A DNA stretch of 15,236 nucleotides. Source: Amoebophrya sp. A120. Lineage: Eukaryota; Protista; Dinoflagellata. The notes under the pieces were generated by a model. The model had not been told where the DNA came from, made no database searches, and was given only the letters and a program-made list of their open reading frames with translations. The translations under genes and the position numbers were made by a program. Location: NCBI GenBank assembly GCA_905178155.1, contig CAJINV010000015.1, positions 895,013-910,248 of the forward strand, given 5' to 3'. Shown here piece after piece: positions 1 through 9,131 of this stretch (positions within the stretch are counted from its first letter, which is position 1; every line of letters begins with the position of its first letter).

Positions 1-220
1 CCCGAGGGCCATCTTCACACACATACAAATTTCTCAGGTTCTGGCTACCGTACAACATGCTAGGGCGGGGCCGATACATAAAATACCGCCCGCCCAGCCT
101 CAGCCTTGGCTCACAGGCTCGCAAGACTGCTGCTGCCCGGGCATACATTTTTATTTTAGAGACCAAAGTTAGCATCACAAGTTCCAATTCTTCCAGACCC
201 AGACATTTTTGCATTTGATA
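1..220. mobile_element. Introner family B, partial (left end outside the window), in the PAN/Apple-like gene
   Basis: Right terminus ttccagacccagacatttttgcatttgata is nearly identical to the end of 5392-5653. Confidence 0.85.
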
Positions 221-1156
221 CGTGGCAATGTCACTACCCCCGATCGCGAGGGAGTTGAACTCGTTGCACGCCCCGCCCCACACCGCGGGGCAAACGCGGC
301 CCTTCAGCTGACACTGATCTAAGGAGTGCTCCTGCCAGTGACTCCCACTTTCCTCTGTACAGCCAGCAGAAAAAAGATCGCACCAGCCCTCCGTTCGGTC
401 TGTTCGTGTGGTGAAGGTCGTGCAGCCGTCCGTCATGGCGCACAGGTACCGGCACTCTTCCTTGGAGTAAACTCGGTCCGAGTAGAAACCAACCCTTTTG
501 TCCCGCCACTCTTTACAACCTTTCGCGACTCCGGGGCAATTTGCGTCGCTGTCGAGCAAGGGGGTCTCTTGTTGGTCGATGCACTGTGCCTCGTTACGCT
601 GCAGTGTGTAGTAGGGGTAGTCGTGATTGCCGGCCTGCAACGCCGAGGTCGTCGCCAGCGTTGGGTCAACTTGGCATCCAGCCCGGTAAAAAATGCAGTT
701 GATATTATGTGTCGCCATCGGAACAATCCCGAACGCAACGCACCCGGAAATGGCCCGACACTGAGTGTCACAGGACCGTAACGTCTCGGTAGCGGTGTTC
801 GTCCGCGAAATCTCATAGGTGGCACTGCTTTCGTCGCACCCGCCACCCCGCTCCGGTAAACACAACGGGTTGAAAAAGGGCTCCAGGGAAAAAGCAGCAT
901 GAACCAGAGGGAGGTGAAAGTAGGAGGAGCTATTTTTCTTTTCGACTAAAAACAAAAAGCAGCGGAAGAACAAGATGAACAACAAACACGGAGCGAGAAG
1001 AGAGTAGGAAAAATGAAACGCATGTAGTTTATTTCGCTTTGATATTTTCGCAGTTGTCCCGGCGGCACTTCCCGTCCTCGTCGTTCTCGTTGCCCGGCAC
1101 CTAAGCAACAAGCGAACATGTGTTCTTGACGATGAAACATTCAACATCGTCAACAT
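221..1156 (-). CDS. First exon of a Cys-rich PAN/Apple-like repeat protein with an N-terminal hydrophobic segment (gene continues past the left edge)
   Basis: Missing from the ORF track because the frame has no stop inside the window. It is open from ATG 1156 (upstream in-frame TAG at 1187-1189) into the introner at 1-220. Translation includes the hydrophobic SLLAPCLLFILFFRCFLFLV and two repeats with PAN/Apple-like Cys spacing: LRSCDTQCRAISGCVAFGIVPMATHNINCIFYRAGC and SKEECRYLCAMTDGCTTFTTRTDRTEGWCDLFSAGC. Start codon uncertain. Confidence 0.72.
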
Positions 1157-2170
1157 GATCGTATTCTGCTCGTGCTGACGGTGCAGCTACATCCTTTTCA
1201 CAGAGGACTACTTTCACGAACGACTACTCGAGGAATTAGTATCTGCGAAAGCAATTCGAATTCTGCTTCTAAACAAACTTTGTTTAACAAAGCCTCTACG
1301 AGAAAGCAAATAAACACTTTTTCTACGCGTACCTAGGTAGTTGGTGCGAAGTAGCACTTTGTTTCCCCGAAGAACCACTTCAAAAATAGAATCTCCACGA
1401 AAAAGAAAGAGCTCCTGCATTCATGATCTTCACATCGGCAATTTGGATTTACGTCGGGGAAGTGTATGAATATCAAACGAATGAACTACGACGCAACAAA
1501 AAAAGCCGCACAGAAGTGTGCAAACTTTTGAGATTTGGAGTAATGGAAAGCGCCTCGTCGACCGAAAGCCGCCGAGGCAGCAGGGAAAAATACCGAAAGA
1601 AATCATGATCAACCATATTCCGGTTATTAAGCGGTAATGAAGTAGCGATGGGAAAAGCAAAAGTCATGCAGAAGCAACTTCAACACAGCACCATCGCATG
1701 ATGGGGTTGCAGCCCCAAGAATCCTGCTTCTTCCTGTTTCATAGACCAGACTGAAAACGCCGGTATTAAGCAGTTCTCCCCAACATACTTCATGAAAAAA
1801 AAAGAAGGTCCTCAACGTCTACTGCTCGCCCCTAGGGCGCGTCATGGAGTTTTTCGGTCTTTTGGACGGCTTGCAAGCCACTGAAAGAAGTTCCAGTTCG
1901 CATTACATACATGATAGTTCTTTTCTTTGCACGATAATTGTCTTCACGTATTTTCAAGGTGGTTTTTCCAGCTACGGTTCGATTTTCGATTCGATTTCTA
2001 CTTGAAACAAAATTACAGCTCAACTTCAAGGTGAAAGTAGGTACTTAAAATGAAAAAGTGATTCTGTTCTTGTTGGATGTTACGCTAACGGTTACGGAAA
2101 AATCGCAAACTCCTACTGCTGGGGCTGTTGATTACAGTACATACTTACTGCAGCACCCAAGTAGACTGCC

Positions 2171-2299
2171 ATCAGCTCCACTCCCGCTCCATGAGGCCAT
2201 TCTGAATGTCCCAATCAGCTCCACTCCCGCTCCATGAGGCCGTTCTGAATGTCCCGATCAGCTCCACTCCCGCTCCATGAGGCCATTTTGAATGTCCCA
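2171..2299. repeat. 3 x 43-bp tandem repeat spanning the KAP stop codon
   Basis: Units 2171-2213, 2214-2256 and 2257-2299, consensus atcagctccactcccgctccatgaggccattctgaatgtccca, with 1-3 differences between units. Confidence 0.95.
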
Positions 2300-5200
2300 C
2301 TCGAGATTCATCTGGTTAAAGTACCCCCCGCCTGCTCCGCCTGCATTCATTATCCAATGTAAAAACGTCCCCACCCCATAGTCAAGATGAGGATTCGGCT
2401 AGACAAATCCACAAGTTTTGCATGTTTTGCATGACAAATGTGCAACGTGGACTCGTAGTGTAGTGCTGTTTGAGGTACTTAGTTCAGCAGCATCACAGAT
2501 CCAGTATACCAGGCTGATTGGAGCATGACAAGTTTCAAAACTACGCGAATAAAAGATGCTTGCCATGGGGCTGCGCATGAGAAACATTCTCAGCATGCAG
2601 ATTTGCACTACAACTATGGGGTGGGGATGTTTTTAGATACGATATTCATCCCCAGAGAGTTCTCTACCTCCCACGCCTCCCCGGTTATTTGGGAACTCGG
2701 ACTATTGGAATTGCTTCCGAATTGGTTGTTGAACGTATGTCCGTTCATGTTACCGAATCGATTATGCAGCCCGTCAACATTGTTCTCGTAGTCCTCGTCT
2801 TCCCCAATTCCAATGATGCTCGTCTCGTGATTCAGCATGGAAATCTCCAAAACCCACTGGTTATTGTGCGACTCGAACTTCAGGCCCTTGATCCGCTCCT
2901 GCCAAGTGGTCTGCCACAAGGGGCTGGTGGACGCGTTGGAAGAAGAGATTAGCGACAGCGTGTCGAGCGTTTTCCGCGCTTGGTTCTTCACGGCAAGAGA
3001 CTTGTGGTTCAGCGCGTCAATGACGTAGGGAATGAGCTGCTGGCTATGCATTTTTGCGAAAGTATCGGTATCGCACTCGTCTAAATCGCATGACAAATTT
3101 TTCCAGAAGGAGAATCGGGCTCTGTCATGCTGATTCAGGTAAAATACCTCCAGATCTGTATCTGTAATGCAAGACTGCCATCTATACATACGAGTACGAA
3201 GATCATACTTTTGCAATGCATAGTGGTCCTCCTCTAGCAGAAACTCTCGAATCTCGTCCTGCAACGACATGCATTCGAAGGCGAACAGTAAATGGAGGAT
3301 GATACCTATCGCACGAAAAAAGTGTTTCACTGTAAGGATTTTGCAACTTTTGCATCACAAGTTTGTTCCGCATGACAGAGAAAATTTGCCATGCGGAATT
3401 CCTAGGGGAAAACACAGCTACAAATCCATTGTCTTGCATGTGTGGCAAGGCAAATGCTTCTCAGATACATTTTCTGCATTACAAGTTTACAGCGAAACAG
3501 TTTTTTCTTGCGATAATATCGTCGTCTTCCTGCTTCTCTACCAGCAATTCGATCAACGTCGACAGCAATTTCGGCTTATCCTGTGCAAAAGTATCGTACT
3601 CGTATAAATGCAAGTCTTGCATTACAAATCTTGTTTCCAAGGCAAATCTGCATTACAAATTTTATTTCTCACGCGGAGGAAATTTGTAATGCATTTATAC
3701 GAGTACGATACTTTTGCAATGCATACGGCTCCAGCGCTAACATATGAACTGCAAAAGTATCGCTATCGCACTCGTATAAATGCATTACAAATTTCCTCAG
3801 CATGAAAAATAAAATTTGTAATGCGGGTTTGACTTGAGAAACAAATTTGTAATGCATGATTGCAATACGAGTACGATACTTTTGCAGTTCATATAACAGC
3901 TGCGACGCTTCCTCGTTTTGCGCAATCAGTTGGACTACCAATACGGACTCGAGCACGAGGTCGTCCTCCGAGAACCCCACGACGAGGAGTCTGTGTAGCA
4001 CGTCCACCAACCCGTAGTCGGGCGAGATCAGTTCCGCCCAGGGCACCGGCGGGATCGACGGGTCATTGTTGGGCAGGTCCAAATTCGCAAGTAAGCCGAC
4101 GACCTCGAGCAAGAGATCCGGGTCTTCCAGTTGTGCAATACAAATTTCCCGTACATGTACAAAATGCATCACAAACTTCGCTAACTTTGAGTGTCAAACT
4201 TGTCATGCTGACTAAAGATTGAAGGCAAGTTTTGTCATGCAGAGACAACATTTGTACGTGCACAGGAAATTTGCTGTGGATACCAGTTGTGCGAGTTTCA
4301 TTATCTCGTGCAGCCACCGAGACATGCGGACCTGGAGATGAACTTGCGAGGATGTTGTTAAACTTAGCAGGTTGATGCAACGAACTATCTGATGATCACG
4401 TCCGAACAATGAATGCAGCATGTTGACAAAAGAAATCGCCTTCTTCAAGAATCAGTGTATATTTACCTTATGTATTATACCTGATCACTGCACAGCAATC
4501 GCTGTACCAATTCCCTGACCTTCTGGTGCGAGCACACGTAGCGTATTACCTTGCACAGCATGGGGTCGCGCGTTTTCAGCAAGCGTAGGATGAGCTGCGG
4601 AAAGAGAAAATCGACCTGCCCGTTGTTGCGGTGGAGCTGGCACACAACCATGAGCTCCGCCGCTCTACTGTGCATTGCAAATTTGTCTGGGTCTGGAAAC
4701 CTGTGATGCAGGCCAGTGAATACGAAGCTCTCTGTAATGCACCGCGAAGCATGACAGGTTTTTTCGTCGCGCTGCGTTGCGTATTCCGCGCAAGAAAGTG
4801 CGCTTTTGCATGACAGGCAAGAGGAGCTCCTGTTTGTGGCCGCGCAACACAGAGTCAAGAGTCATGCCAGACAAGCATGACAAGCTTGCACTCTCACAGA
4901 CCCAGACATATTTGCAGTCGATATCTACTGTGCAAAGACAAGTTCACCAGCAGGCAGATCAGGTCCTTGCCCACGCGGTTTGGGTCCGGAAAGTGAATGG
5001 TGAGTTGCAGCAGCATATGCATTGCAAAAGTGTCGAACTTCTCGTAGTTGTAATAGCATTTGTGCATTACAAGCTCCTCCCTTAAGCTGAATCCGCATCA
5101 CAAATTTCACTCCTCATGCTGGGCAAATGTGTAATGCAATTTTTTTTTTTTGTTGCGATGCTTTTGCAATTCATACAGCATCAGCATGCAGTCTTGGTGG

Positions 5201-8200
5201 TAGGTCAGCAGCGATTTGCACCGGTCGTCTTTGGTGAACTGGTAGAGGAGTTTCAGGACAATTTGTCGGAAGGGCGGGTGCTTCAGCAAATCCACCAACT
5301 GCTGAAAAAGTTCCCCGGACTCCGCCAGGGCGGACCGGACACTATCCTCAAAACTCAGGTTGAAAAGCACTTTCAGCGAGAGCAACGCGATTATCAACCG
5401 CAAACGTGTCTGGGTTTGGAAGGTCACAACTTGTGATGCTGTCTGTGGATTCTAAAAAAATTTGCATTGCATGACCAGCAAGAGGGGGCGGGTTTTTCCT
5501 ACGCGGAGAGGGCATTTCTCATGCGGTAGAGGCATCACAAAGCCCTCTAAAAATCTGCGACGCTACGGCATGCATCACAGACATCATGGCCCGTGGAAAA
5601 TATGCATGACAAATCTAGAAATCTTCCAGACCCAGACATTTTTGCACTTGATAGCGATAAAAGCAGACTGATGTTGGGCGAGTTGCACCTGTTTTTGTGT
5701 TGATGTTGGCGGCCTATAATATATATACTTTGTCACAATGGAAAGGAATGGGAATCTGAATCGGAGTTATTTCAGCAATAGAATATTAACGGGCCTTGTT
5801 CATGATCAGCGTTTACCCTCCGATGCGCTAATATCCGCACGCTTTGACTTTTTGCGTGCCGGCGCATGATTTAGATTCAAGCAGCAACTTTTTTGACTTT
5901 TATCATACCAGCCTGGGCACGATCCTCGTTTCTGCCATGACTTCCTTGTTTTCTTCAAAAATTGTCAACTTCTTCAAAATATCCTGTGCAAAAGTATCGT
6001 ACTCGTATAGATGCATTTCCTCAGCATGAGAAATAAAATTTGTCATGCGGATTTACTTTAGGAAAAAAATTTGTAATGCATTGATTGCAATACGAGTACG
6101 ATACTTTTGCACAGAATACAAAAACAGCAGGGCGACGTAGAGCAGCTCTTCCATGTTTCGGTCTAACAAGGCACACAACATTTTCACGAGTCCCCGATTC
6201 ACCATCTTCTTCTCGATGAAAATATCCTCTGCTATATCGCAAGAAAAAACTGTTATTTCACTGTAATGCAGAAAATGTATCTGAAAAGTGTTTGTCTTGC
6301 CACATATGCAAGACGAAGGATCTTTAGCTTTGCTTTCATCCCTTAGGAATCTCGCATGGCAAATTTTCGCTGTGATGTAGAGCAAATTTGTGATGCAAAA
6401 CTTGCAAAATCCTCACAGTGAAACACTTTTTCCGAACGATATGCTAAATTCAGCAAGATGTGCAGCGCAGTGTGGAGGAGTTTGTTCTGTTTCAATACTT
6501 GTACCTGGTATTTCTTCTCTTCCTTTTCCGCTTTCACTTTTTGCTGCGAGAAAGAAGTGCTAGCATCTTGCTGCTGGTTGTGGGAGTGTCAGGATTGAAA
6601 TCGTCGAAGTTGAAATAGTTTGCGATGCATAAAATGCTAGACGCAAAGTGCCTGTCTTGCAGAACAGGCAACTGAGGCCGATTATAAGCCTGTTTGGGGT
6701 GTGAGATAGAGCTGCCAAAATAGCATGACAAAAGCAGTCCTCTCTGCTCAAACAGCACGACAAATTGGATTTCTATGCTGCCAAAATTTGTCATGCGCCA
6801 CTTGCAAACTGGGCTCCAGCTGGTATCGCTTTGTTGCATTTGCAGACTATTTCAACTTTGAGGATTTCGATCCTGACACTCCCATACTGGTGGTCTACTC
6901 CACCGGGTGGAACATTTTGGCCGGTGTTCAAAAACGGCAGGATGTATTGTTCCCGCTCCTGCGTTGTCCTTTGCAAAAGTATCGTACTCGTATCGTATTG
7001 CTATCATGCATTACAAATCTTTTTGCTATAGGTAAATCCCCATTACAAATTTTATTTCTCATGCTGAGGGAATTTGTCATGCATTTATATATACGAGTAC
7101 GATACTTTTGCAATGCATATGCGTCCGGATTGCGTATCTTTTCGATTCGTACTCCAATATCCTGAGACTCGAGTCCCCGCATTGGAAGTTCTATGGATTC
7201 CAAAAGTATCGCACTACTCGTATAAATGCATTACAAATTTCCTCAGCATGAGAAATAAAATTTGTAATGGAGATTTGCCTTGGGAACAAGATTTGTAATG
7301 CATGATTGCAATTACTACGAGTACGATACTTTTGCACAGGGTAAGTTCCCGAGCACTTGGTGAAACACCGGAAACGCGGAGAAGCACAGTATGAACTGCA
7401 AAAGTATCGCACTCGTAGTAATTGCATTTATGCATTACAAACCCGGCTCCCAAGGCCAATCAGCATGACAAATTCCATTTGTCATGCTGAGCGAATTTGT
7501 ATTGCAATCACAACTACCAGTACGGTACTTTTGCAATGCGTACACAGGAAGATGCAGCAAATCGCGGTGGACAGATCGTGCGATTTTTTGTAGTTCTCCT
7601 TCAGTTCTCGCGACAAAATCGGCATCAAAGACTCGTTATCAAATGCAAAAATGTCTGGGTCTGGAAACTTGTAATGCTAAAAATGAATGATAGACGCGCC
7701 GCAATACGCAGCTATGGATGACAAATTTTGTGGCTGCCATGTCTTACGTATTCCGCATGGCAAACTGCCTTTTCGCATGACAGTTAAGAGGGCTCTTTCG
7801 TGCCTATGCAACACAGATTCTCGAGTCATGCCAGACAAGCATGACAAACTTGCGTCCTTCAAACCCAGACACTTTTGCAATTGCTACTCGTGGTTCGAGA
7901 TCAATTCCAAATTTCGTGGCTCCAAGCACACCCGGAGGATGGACTTCGCGCCCTTCACCTTCAGTGGCAGTTGTTCTTCGTAGAGCAAGTCCGAGTAGTC
8001 GTCCAGTTCCGCCCAACTGGCCGGGGTATCAAGGTGAAAAATGCCCCCACCCCCGAACTTGGGAGCATTTGTATTGCAAACCTTTCCAAATGAAACACTC
8101 GCCCTCTTGCATCTATCAGCATCACGGATTTGTTCCAATCGTGAACAATAGCAAAGATTTGCATTGCAAAAGACGCCAGCAAGAGTGGCGCTTGTCATGC

Positions 8201-9131
8201 AAGCGATGCGATACACGCCTCGAATCTGCATCAGAAAGATTCATTTTCATACTTCTTTCATGCATGACAAAAAGTTTTCATTTGGAAACTTCGCATCACA
8301 AGTTTTTGCGACTTTGGGGGTGGGGGCATTTTTCACTATAATACGGGGGCAGGATGGTTTCCAGCACGGAAAGCACCGGCGGGGGTGGGATTGGCCCCGA
8401 CGGCATCATGTTCTGCTGCTGCATTTGCGCGTTCTTCTGCTGCAGCATCGACCTGACATCTCCTCGGTCTGCGGTGCGACTACGGCTGCTGCTCGGGCGC
8501 GCCGCGTTTGGATTCGTTGCCGTGGAAGAAGATGTCGGCCCGGTGCCTATCCTGTGTAAAAACGTCCCCACCCCATAGTCAAGGTGGGGATTTTGCAACA
8601 CAAACCTAGAAGTTTTGGGACTCACGCATCACAAATAGCAGTCCGTAGTGTAGTGCCGATTAGCAAGGACACACGCATCACAAATCCATCTGCTTATCCT
8701 GGTTACAGCATTACAAATGCCAAAACACGACTAGAAACGCCTCTCATGGAGATACGCATTACAAATGTTCCTGTCATTGCAAATCTGCATCACAACTCTG
8801 GTGTGGGGACGTTTTTACAAATGATAGTGCCGGGGTAAACGCCTGAAACAGCTCCAGCACTCTGTCCGCCACCGCCTCCGGTCGTTTCTCGGGCCATTTC
8901 GTGCAGTAGTCTTTCCACCTCGTTGACTTTCGAACTGGGGATGTATTTGCATTTTTCCACTACCTCCGCCGCCAGGTCGGTTATATCTGCTTCGGCAAAA
9001 TCCCGTGGCAGGCGCATTTTCTTTTTCTTGATCTCTCCGCCGGACTCGTAGACTGCAACGATCGCGTACTCCTCATAGTCGATTTGCAGGTCCTTCAACC
9101 GCTTTTTCGAAGAGCTACTGGAAGATGTCAT
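2258..9131 (-). CDS. KIFAP3: Kinesin-associated protein (KAP3/KIFAP3/FLA3 homologue; armadillo-repeat accessory subunit of kinesin-2), 21 exons, 881 aa
   Basis: Exons (upstream TSD copy counted as exon): 9131-8827, 8542-8344, 8021-7887, 7631-7543, 7384-7344, 7186-7120, 6959-6887, 6573-6442, 6229-6119, 5974-5909, 5688-5654, 5386-5176, 5010-4924, 4663-4481, 4331-4283, 4126-3894, 3737-3726, 3571-3516, 3301-3223, 3039-2645, 2345-2258 = 2646 nt, ATG to TGA, no internal stop. Motifs are collinear with KAP3 as I recall it: LAAEVVEKCKYIPSSKVNEVERLL; ELDDYSDLLYE; LSRELKENYKKS; KQNKLLHTALHILLNLAED; LFLKKLTIFEENK; LFNLSF; LLEVVGLLANL; EDDLVLE; LIELLVEKQEDDDI; WQERIKGLKFESHNNQW. Confidence 0.93.
2351..2644. 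mobile_element. Introner family C (KAP intron 20)
   Basis: TIR tatccaatgtaaaaacgtccccaccccatagt / actatggggtggggatgtttttagatacgata; TSD ttcat 2346-2350 and 2645-2649. Confidence 0.92.
3045..3222. mobile_element. Introner family A, diverged (KAP intron 19)
   Basis: TIR tatgcatttttgcgaaagtat / atacttttgcaatgcata; imperfect TSD ctggc/gtggt; removal joins EEDH to QLIPY. Confidence 0.85.
3307..3515. mobile_element. Introner family E (KAP intron 18)
   Basis: TIR tatcgcacgaaaaaagtgtttcactgtaa / ttacagcgaaacagttttttcttgcgata; TSD atacc/atatc; reverse-complement homologue of 6235-6441. Confidence 0.92.
3577..3725. mobile_element. Introner family A (KAP intron 17)
   Basis: TIR core tgcaaaagtatcgtactcgtataaatgca at both ends; TSD cggct 3572-3576 and 3726-3730. 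Confidence 0.93.
3743..3893. mobile_element. Introner family A (KAP intron 16)
   Basis: TIR tatgaactgcaaaagtatcg / cgatacttttgcagttcata; TSD taaca 3738-3742 and 3894-3898; opposite orientation to 3577-3725. Confidence 0.93.
4132..4282. mobile_element. Introner family G, single copy here (KAP intron 15)
   Basis: TIR core caaatttcccgtacatgtacaaa / tttgtacgtgcacaggaaatttg; TSD ccagt 4127-4131 and 4283-4287. Confidence 0.88.
4332..4480 (-). other. Canonical GT-AG intron (KAP intron 14)
   Basis: Donor CAG|GTATAA contains an in-frame stop; acceptor CATCTCCAG|GTC gives SDQVRMSRWLHE. An alternative in-frame acceptor at 4389 cannot be excluded. No TIR or TSD. Confidence 0.7.
4669..4923. mobile_element. 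Introner family B (KAP intron 13)
   Basis: TIR core tgcaaatttgtctgggtctg / cagacccagacatatttgca; TSD tctac 4664-4668 and 4924-4928. Confidence 0.92.
5016..5175. mobile_element. Introner family A, diverged (KAP intron 12)
   Basis: TIR tatgcattgcaaaagtgtcg / cgatgcttttgcaattcata; TSD cagca 5011-5015 and 5176-5180. Confidence 0.9.
5392..5653. mobile_element. Introner family B (KAP intron 11)
   Basis: TIR tatcaaccgcaaacgtgtctgggtttggaag / cttccagacccagacatttttgcacttgata; TSD gcgat 5387-5391 and 5654-5658. Confidence 0.92.
5689..5908 (-). other. Canonical GT-AG intron (KAP intron 10)
   Basis: Donor CTG|GTATGA, acceptor CACAAAAACAG|GTG; joins IVPRL to VQLAQHQSAFIALL. AT-richer than the exons; no TIR. 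Confidence 0.85.
5980..6118. mobile_element. Introner family A (KAP intron 9)
   Basis: TIR tatcctgtgcaaaagtatcgtactcgtat / atacgagtacgatacttttgcacagaata; TSD caaaa 5975-5979 and 6119-6123. Confidence 0.93.
6235..6441. mobile_element. Introner family E (KAP intron 8)
   Basis: Ends tatcgcaagaaaaaactg / cactttttccgaacgata; TSD tgcta 6230-6234 and 6442-6446; removal restores LLNLAED. Confidence 0.93.
6579..6886. mobile_element. Introner family F, single copy here, about 50-bp TIR (KAP intron 7)
   Basis: tgtgggagtgtcaggattgaaatcgtcgaagttgaaatagtttgc versus the reverse complement of the right end, tatgggagtgtcaggatcgaaatcctcaaagttgaaatagtctgc; TSD ctggt 6574-6578 and 6887-6891. Confidence 0.93.
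6965..7119. mobile_element. Introner family A (KAP intron 6)
   Basis: TIR core ttgcaaaagtatcgtactcgtat; TSD tgcgt 6960-6964 and 7120-7124. Confidence 0.92.
7192..7343. mobile_element. Introner family A (KAP intron 5)
   Basis: TIR core caaaagtatcg / cgatacttttg; TSD agttc 7187-7191 and 7344-7348. Confidence 0.92.
7390..7542. mobile_element. Introner family A (KAP intron 4)
   Basis: TIR tatgaactgcaaaagtatcgcact / agtacggtacttttgcaatgcgta; TSD cacag 7385-7389 and 7543-7547; removal restores IFLCFSAF. Confidence 0.92.
7637..7886. mobile_element. Introner family B (KAP intron 3)
   Basis: TIR tatcaaatgcaaaaatgtctgggtctg / caaacccagacacttttgcaattgcta; TSD ctcgt 7632-7636 and 7887-7891. Confidence 0.92.
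8027..8343. mobile_element. Introner family D (KAP intron 2)
   Basis: TIR core gtgaaaaatgcccccaccccc at both ends; TSD cgggg 8022-8026 and 8344-8348. Confidence 0.93.
8548..8826. mobile_element. Introner family C (KAP intron 1)
   Basis: TIR tatcctgtgtaaaaacgtccccacccca / tggtgtggggacgtttttacaaatgata; TSD gtgcc 8543-8547 and 8827-8831. Confidence 0.93.

Noticed and set aside
234-900. ORFs 234..509, 326..781 and 433..900
   Set aside because: Alternative-frame or antisense shadows of the Cys-rich exon.
2171-2299. 43-bp repeats as a mini CRISPR
   Set aside because: The units are head-to-tail with no spacers.
3577-7542. Recurrent ~25-bp repeat (tgcaaaagtatcgtactcgta) as a CRISPR array or bacterial REP
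   Set aside because: Copies come as inverted pairs bounding elements with TSDs, spacing is irregular, the intervening DNA is eukaryotic exon and there are no cas genes.
8023-8830. A 3-bp TSD model, or TA-bounded ciliate-type IES excision
   Set aside because: A 3-bp model fits introns 1-2, but 20 of 24 complete elements have perfect 5-bp repeats outside the TA. The restored frame needs loss of both TAs plus one 5-mer, unlike IES excision, which leaves one TA.
3269-8838. Many short ORFs with recurring peptides (CKSIVLV, LQKYRTR, YEYDTFA, KNVPTP) as a repeat-protein family or transposase
   Set aside because: They are translations of introner TIRs. No transposase or reverse-transcriptase motif was seen; the elements are non-autonomous.
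2258-9131. KAP as a transposon-destroyed pseudogene
   Set aside because: All 21 exons join in frame without stops or frameshifts and with motifs intact, which is unlikely after 18 insertions of differing ages without selection. Transcript evidence is still needed.
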